From a virus, in the IMG/VR virus record IMGVR_UViG_3300045988_054859: a stretch of 61,533 nt of DNA; one strand, written 5' to 3'. The translations under genes were made by a program, and so were the position numbers. Below the pieces are notes generated by a model, which saw nothing but the letters and a program-made list of their open reading frames with translations, was not told the DNA's origin and did no database searches. The first letter of the stretch is position 1, and every line of letters begins with the position of its first letter. Shown piece after piece: positions 58,575 through 61,533 of the stretch.

Positions 58575-59602
58575 TTCCTCCATGTATGGTTTCTCTGGCA
58601 GTCGCGGCAATAAGCCACTCCGCCGAAATGCTTGCGGCTGTACTCTGCTACGTCGAGGCCGACCTGCTTACCGCAGTCCGCGCAGAACTCGCTGTCGCCG
58701 TTCCGGCCCTGCTGTCGGTTGCTCGGCGTGGGCTGCTGCTGGCGAGGCCGCTGCGCCGGTCTCTCGGGCTGCTGCTCCTGCTGGGGCTGCTCCTGTCCGA
58801 CCTCAAAATCCGGCTCCGGCTGCACATAGCCGTCGTCGTCATCGTCCACATAGACCGTGTGGCTGGTTTTCGGGCGGCTGCCGTACAGGTCATTCGCCGC
58901 GCCAAACATGGACTTTACCGCCTCCTCACGGACGGTCGGATTGTCAAGGTTCGGGACGAGGTAAGCCACAACAAAGGGCTTTCCGAACTCCTCGATAAGG
59001 TAACTGGACTTAATCTGCATCGCGGTGCGGAGGGCGCGGTTGAGAGCCTTGCTCTCGCACATCTCGCTGCGGAACTTCATAAATTCTGCCCGCTGCTTCT
59101 CTGTCATCCCAGCCGTCACATCATCCACCGCAATTTCCTTATGGGCGACGATGGTGACGTTCTCGCCGGTGAGCTGCGGGACGCTGATTCGGACCTCGTG
59201 CTTGACGTCCTTGTTGGGGCAGCCTCCGCAGCGAATCGGCTTTCCGATGCTGCGGTTGACCTCAGCGCACTTCTGGCAGGTGGACGGGACGACCGGGCGG
59301 CTGGAAAGAATCTTGATGCCTGCAGCTCGCATGAGCTTGGTGAGACCCTTTTTGGTGAGGGCGTACTTGGCCGGGGTCGCTTTGTGGACGTACCCCTTGC
59401 TGTCGCGCCACTCGTCCTTGGCTTTCTCCATCTCATAGATTTCGCCGTCATTGAGGTCGGTGCTGATTTTCACGGAGTTCATCACCGGCTTTTGGATGTC
59501 GGCAATCTCCGTCACGGTCTGCATCGGGACGAGGAGGTTGTACTGCGCGGGCGGGTACTGCTGCGCAATGGTGAGCGCAGCGTGTTTGTTTTGTTCGTTC
59601 AT
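58571..59602 (-). CDS. Putative single-strand annealing / recombination protein with a C-terminal zinc ribbon (343 aa)
   Basis: Lies next to the SbcCD-like nuclease. Has a central CQKC...CGGC, a Gln/Pro-rich linker and a C-terminal CADCG...CRDC. The family assignment is not secure. Confidence 0.35.
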   Translation of the reverse strand: MNEQNKHAALTIAQQYPPAQYNLLVPMQTVTEIADIQKPVMNSVKISTDLNDGEIYEMEKAKDEWRDSKGYVHKATPAKYALTKKGLTKLMRAAGIKILSSRPVVPSTCQKCAEVNRSIGKPIRCGGCPNKDVKHEVRISVPQLTGENVTIVAHKEIAVDDVTAGMTEKQRAEFMKFRSEMCESKALNRALRTAMQIKSSYLIEEFGKPFVVAYLVPNLDNPTVREEAVKSMFGAANDLYGSRPKTSHTVYVDDDDDGYVQPEPDFEVGQEQPQQEQQPERPAQRPRQQQPTPSNRQQGRNGDSEFCADCGKQVGLDVAEYSRKHFGGVAYCRDCQRNHTWRK

Positions 59603-59616
59603 GGTTCACGCTCCTG

Positions 59617-59694
59617 TTGACTTTTGGTGTGGAGCGAGATACAATAGGCTTGTCCGACAAGAGGGTCGCGCTTTCGAGCGCGGCTCTTTTTTTA
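59617..59694 (+). ncRNA. Candidate roughly 40-45-nt antisense RNA unit: promoter TTGACT-17-TACAAT plus a UUCG-tetraloop terminator
   Basis: -35 at 59617..59622 and -10 at 59640..59645. Terminator has an 8-bp stem (59665..59684) with loop ttcg, followed by tcttttttt. It is on the strand opposite to all neighbouring genes. Confidence 0.45.
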
Positions 59695-59889
59695 TGCCTG
59701 TGTATCCGGCTCCTGCTGCTCTGCCGCTGCTGCGGCCTCCTGCTCGTCCAGCTCCTTGAGCAACTGGGTGATGGTCTTGCCCGTTTCCTTGCGGCAGCAG
59801 GTCGAGCCCATACCGACGCGACGGGCGGCCGCGCTGCGCAGCTTGCGCGAGCATCTGCCGCAGAGGCAGAAAAGGTTCTGTTCAGCCAT
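59692..59889 (-). CDS. DUF6011-like small Cys protein (65 aa)
   Basis: Contains CLCGRCSRKLRSAAARRVGMGSTCC. AAAGGAGGTG RBS. Confidence 0.5.
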   Translation of the reverse strand: MAEQNLFCLCGRCSRKLRSAAARRVGMGSTCCRKETGKTITQLLKELDEQEAAAAAEQQEPDTQA

Positions 59890-59904
59890 GTGGTTCACCT
59901 CCTT

Positions 59905-60132
59905 TCAGTGGTCCTTGAGCATCTTGAAAAATGCGTTGTTGATGATGTGGAACGCCAGCAGGGTGACGCCCAGCACGATAAGCCACTCGCCTCCGAAAGC
60001 GTAGTAGCCGCGCGCTGCGTAACTGGCCGGGACCAGTGCCAGCGCGGCGATGAATCCGCAGATACCGGCCGCGAGGACCTCTGCAATCCAGATAGCCGCA
60101 ATGAGCAATGCTCTGTGAATCTTCCAGTTCAT
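59905..60132 (-). CDS. Small polytopic membrane protein (75 aa, 2-3 TM)
   Basis: Hydrophobic throughout (LLIAAIWIAEVLAAGICGFIAALALV, WLIVLGVTLLAFHII). Confidence 0.5.
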   Translation of the reverse strand: MNWKIHRALLIAAIWIAEVLAAGICGFIAALALVPASYAARGYYAFGGEWLIVLGVTLLAFHIINNAFFKMLKDH

Positions 60133-60747
60133 TTACTGCTCCTTTCTCTTGAGGCTCTGCGCCGTCTCGAGGACTGCGCGGCTGTACTTGCTGCTGTGCT
60201 GGCCCTTGCTCCACGCGGCTTTCATGCCGCTGTCGCCCATGTTGTAAGCCATGAGGGCTTTATCCGGGTCGTCGTACTTCTGGAACGCCTGCCCGAGGAT
60301 GTAGATGCCTGCCTCGATGTTCTGCTCCGGGTCCATCACGTCCGTAATGCCGAGTTCCTCGTAGAGCCAGCGGTGGTTGCAGACGTTAATCTGCATGAGG
60401 CCGAAGTCTCCGGTGTCGCTGACCGCGTCCGGCTTGTAGCTGCTCTCCCGCTCGATGACGGCGAGGGCGATTTCAAACGGGACGCCCTGCCGTTCCGCCT
60501 GCTCCCGGACGTACCGTTGCAGCTCGTCGCTCATCGGTACGTCGTAGAGGAGCTCCGGCTCCTGTTCGGCCTCTGGCTGCACCTCCATGTAGGCGAGCGT
60601 CACATATTCCGTTACCGGTGCTGCAGCTGTCTGCTGTGCGAGGTTTGCTGCGGCCGTCGTCGCGCAGGAGTAAGCCGCAATGAGCGCGGTGACTGTGCAG
60701 AAAAACGCAACGGCCGCAATCTCCATCTTTCTTTTAAGCGCATCCAT
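60133..60747 (-). CDS. Membrane-anchored SLT-family lytic transglycosylase (204 aa)
   Basis: An N-terminal TM/signal-like segment is followed by AVIERESSYKPDAVSDTGDFGLMQIN...AYNMG, the SLT catalytic pattern. Confidence 0.7.
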   Translation of the reverse strand: MDALKRKMEIAAVAFFCTVTALIAAYSCATTAAANLAQQTAAAPVTEYVTLAYMEVQPEAEQEPELLYDVPMSDELQRYVREQAERQGVPFEIALAVIERESSYKPDAVSDTGDFGLMQINVCNHRWLYEELGITDVMDPEQNIEAGIYILGQAFQKYDDPDKALMAYNMGDSGMKAAWSKGQHSSKYSRAVLETAQSLKRKEQ

Positions 60748-60922
60748 AATCAGGTGTGGCGGCTGCCGTGAGCGAGCCGACCGTCCTCCGTGCGACGCGG
60801 TCGAGGATTTCCTTGACCTCTCCGCTCGTCCGGGTCCGGCAGAAGTCGTCGCAAATCTTGATTCGGGTGTTCCCGATGGTGAAGTCCTCTACGACGTTCC
60901 CGCTCTGCTTCGCCTCCAACAC
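60734..60922 (-). CDS. Hypothetical small protein (62 aa)
   Basis: Contains the TIGNTRIKICDDFC motif seen in small proteins of Clostridial mobile elements (from memory). Confidence 0.45.
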   Translation of the reverse strand: MLEAKQSGNVVEDFTIGNTRIKICDDFCRTRTSGEVKEILDRVARRTVGSLTAAATPDYGCA

Positions 60923-60925
60923 TTT

Positions 60926-61417
60926 TTACACCTCCTGTTTTCCGAATTGCTTTCTATAAATGAGCTTCAAGGTCTGAGCCTTGTTCGTTATCTCGTCGAG
61001 TACCTCGAGGTACTGCTCCATGCGCGGCTTTTCGCTCGCGTCGATGACGCCGTCGGCCGCGATGTCGATGATTCCGTCCTTGACCTCCGGCAACGACTTC
61101 ATTGCCGAAATGAGCTGTAATGTGACCCGCTCGAGCTCTTCCAGCTCAATCGGTGAAATTGTCCCGATGCCGAGCGGGCAGAGGTGCGAGCAGAAATGGT
61201 TTTGCAGCTCCGGCGCGTTGTAGGTGTCCGACAGCATCAGGACCTCCTCCGGGTGCGGGTTGATGGTTCCGAGCTCGATGTTGGCGAGCCGCGTCCGGTC
61301 GATGCCGGTCACCTCTGACGCACCCTCTCTGCTGCCTAACCGGTCGTTCCACGATGCCGCCGCGATTCGTGCCTTGTAAAACACGTTGTCAGCGGCTTTC
61401 GTCGCCATTTTGGGCAT
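60926..61417 (-). CDS. XRE-like HTH regulator, second gene of the early leftward operon (163 aa)
   Basis: Contains SEVTGIDRTRLANIELGTINPHPEEVLMLSDTY (HTH). The AAAGGAGG RBS lies inside the terminal repeat, confirming continuity across the junction. Confidence 0.6.
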   Translation of the reverse strand: MPKMATKAADNVFYKARIAAASWNDRLGSREGASEVTGIDRTRLANIELGTINPHPEEVLMLSDTYNAPELQNHFCSHLCPLGIGTISPIELEELERVTLQLISAMKSLPEVKDGIIDIAADGVIDASEKPRMEQYLEVLDEITNKAQTLKLIYRKQFGKQEV

Positions 61418-61533
61418 TTATCCTGCGCCTCCTTTCGATTAAAATATTTACAGGGGAAACGCTAAATGTTCGTTTTTGGCGTCACGATTTTGCATCAATG
61501 ACGCGAAACGGGTCGCTTCGGGTTAAAAAAAAG
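61415..61533. repeat. Terminal direct repeat, copy 2 (identical to 1..119)
   Basis: See copy 1. Confidence 0.95.

Larger units (their letters stand above)
1..61533. mobile_element. Complete temperate contractile-tailed phage genome on a circularly closed contig (unique length 61,414 bp)
   Basis: Contains a serine integrase and CI/Cro-type switch, replication/recombination genes, terS/terL/portal/protease-scaffold/capsid, sheath/tube/tape measure/baseplate/fibres, and holin plus endolysin. The first 119 nt are repeated exactly at the end. Confidence 0.85.

Noticed and set aside
1-61533. tRNA, rRNA or tmRNA genes.
   Set aside because: I found no cloverleaf-compatible segments with T-loop (GTTCRANYC) boxes in intergenic regions by eye. 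Without tRNAscan or Infernal this is a weak negative.

Overview
The window is a complete, circularly closed genome of a temperate contractile-tailed phage. The first 119 nt are repeated exactly at 61415..61533, leaving 61,414 bp of unique sequence. The sequence is GC-rich with strong AGGAGG-type ribosome-binding sites and a PBSX-like (XkdK/M/N..U-type) tail module, so I infer a Clostridia-type Firmicute host. On the plus strand lie a CI-like repressor, a large serine integrase and a roughly 4 kb operon of small accessory or early genes (479..7198). Almost everything else is on the minus strand. Going round the circle, that strand carries: a Cro-like gene (81..293); early, replication and recombination genes (61417 down to 42411: XRE regulator, SLT transglycosylase, annealase-like protein, fused SbcD-SbcC, DnaD-like, DnaC-like, C5-MTase-like, MazG, RecU, ArpU-like late regulator); a 4-gene ParB/ParB/radical-SAM/PLP cassette; terS/terL/portal/head genes; sheath, tube, chaperone (-1 frameshift), tape measure, baseplate and fibres; a diversity-generating retroelement (Avd-like, TR, RT, target with VR); a lysis cassette; a repeat-rich non-coding region; and a membrane-protein gene. 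Items most worth a second look: (1) the translationally coupled ParB x2 / SPL-like radical-SAM / fold-type-II PLP cassette at the head of the late operon, a candidate DNA-modification module; (2) the DGR, whose 19 TR/VR mismatches are all adenine-specific and whose gene order and VR position are unusual; (3) three long G/C homopolymers (11, 11 and 9 nt) placed so that slippage would switch a membrane protein, a DNA methyltransferase and a zinc-ribbon protein on or off; (4) a G(T/A)CCC-N5-GGG(T/A)C dyad family sitting inside the 17-bp spacers of near-consensus promoters; (5) a promoter-leader-terminator unit gating the late operon; (6) a tiny promoter+terminator antisense unit. All calls come from reading the sequence and ORF translations by eye. 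No database search was run, so family names are motif-based judgements.
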